Shown here one piece after another: positions 15,218-15,556 of a DNA stretch of 15,556 bases. This DNA comes from a virus (lineage: Duplodnaviria; Heunggongvirae; Uroviricota; Caudoviricetes): positions 1-15,556 of the IMG/VR virus record IMGVR_UViG_2541047911_000001; one strand, 5' to 3'. The translations under genes were made by a program, and so were the position numbers. The notes below the pieces were generated by a model, which had not been told where the DNA came from, searched no databases, and was given only the letters and a program-made list of their open reading frames with translations. The first letter of the stretch is position 1; each line of letters opens with the position of its first letter.

Positions 15218-15556
15218 GTGAAACTCAATGCCCGTCAAATAGACACTGCCAAGCCAAAAGAGAAGGCTTACAAGTTGGCTGATGGTGGTGGTCTGTACCT
15301 CCTGGTAAAACCTGGTGGAGGAGAATATTGGCGTCTCAAGTATCGTGTAGCTGGTAAAGAGAAGCTGTTAGCACTAGGTGTGTATCCTGAGGTCACCTTA
15401 GCTGATGCTCCTGCAAAACTTGAAGAAGCTAAAAGAGGTATCTCTGGGGGAATCGATCTGATGGAAGTGAAGCGAGAGGAAAAGATTGCCCGGGAAACGC
15501 AGTTAAACAACACCTTCAAAGATATTGCCCTTGAGTGGCACAGTAACAAATTATAA
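15218..15556 (+). CDS. int: Second P4-type integrase, N-terminal 112 codons only; in-frame TAA at the window edge
   Basis: GTG start in the same context as the first integrase; protein closely similar to the first integrase N-terminus with scattered substitutions; TAA at 15554-15556 where the first copy has AAA. Confidence 0.7.
   Translation: MKLNARQIDTAKPKEKAYKLADGGGLYLLVKPGGGEYWRLKYRVAGKEKLLALGVYPEVTLADAPAKLEEAKRGISGGIDLMEVKREEKIARETQLNNTFKDIALEWHSNKL

Noticed and set aside
1-15556. Insertion sequences or transposase genes
   Set aside because: No transposase-like ORF or terminal inverted repeats found; the mobile character is explained by the integrase and att repeats.

Overview
The window opens with host core genes: complete proA (1-1254) and tRNA-Thr thrW (1369-1444). 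Immediately after the tRNA lies a ~13.6-kb integrated satellite-type element (about 1428-15059), bounded by a direct repeat of the tRNA 3' end (TCCTATTATCG at 1428-1438 and 15049-15059). Left to right it carries a P4-type tyrosine integrase, an unknown low-GC 265-aa gene, an array of ACCCTNAGGGT palindromes, an AlpA-family regulator, an AntA-like antirepressor-domain protein, a divergent switch region (antisense ribbon-helix-helix-like gene plus three GTGTTNAACAC operators), a chain of translationally coupled small genes ending in a P4-family primase/helicase-type replication protein, an iteron-rich origin-like region, a ProQ/FinO-domain protein, a PerC-like protein, an HTH protein followed by AAAAGTGTCAA repeats (possible packaging module), and finally a strongly AT-rich 532-aa orphan gene with its own promoter-like leader and hairpin. 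That last gene is my best candidate for an undescribed phage-defence or abortive-infection module; its function is not identifiable from sequence alone. A second, tandem element with a near-identical integrase begins at 15049 and runs off the window. The overall layout resembles a phage-inducible chromosomal island or P4-related satellite, but I recognise no capsid-remodelling genes, so that assignment is inference. All homology statements are from reading the translations by eye; no database search was run.
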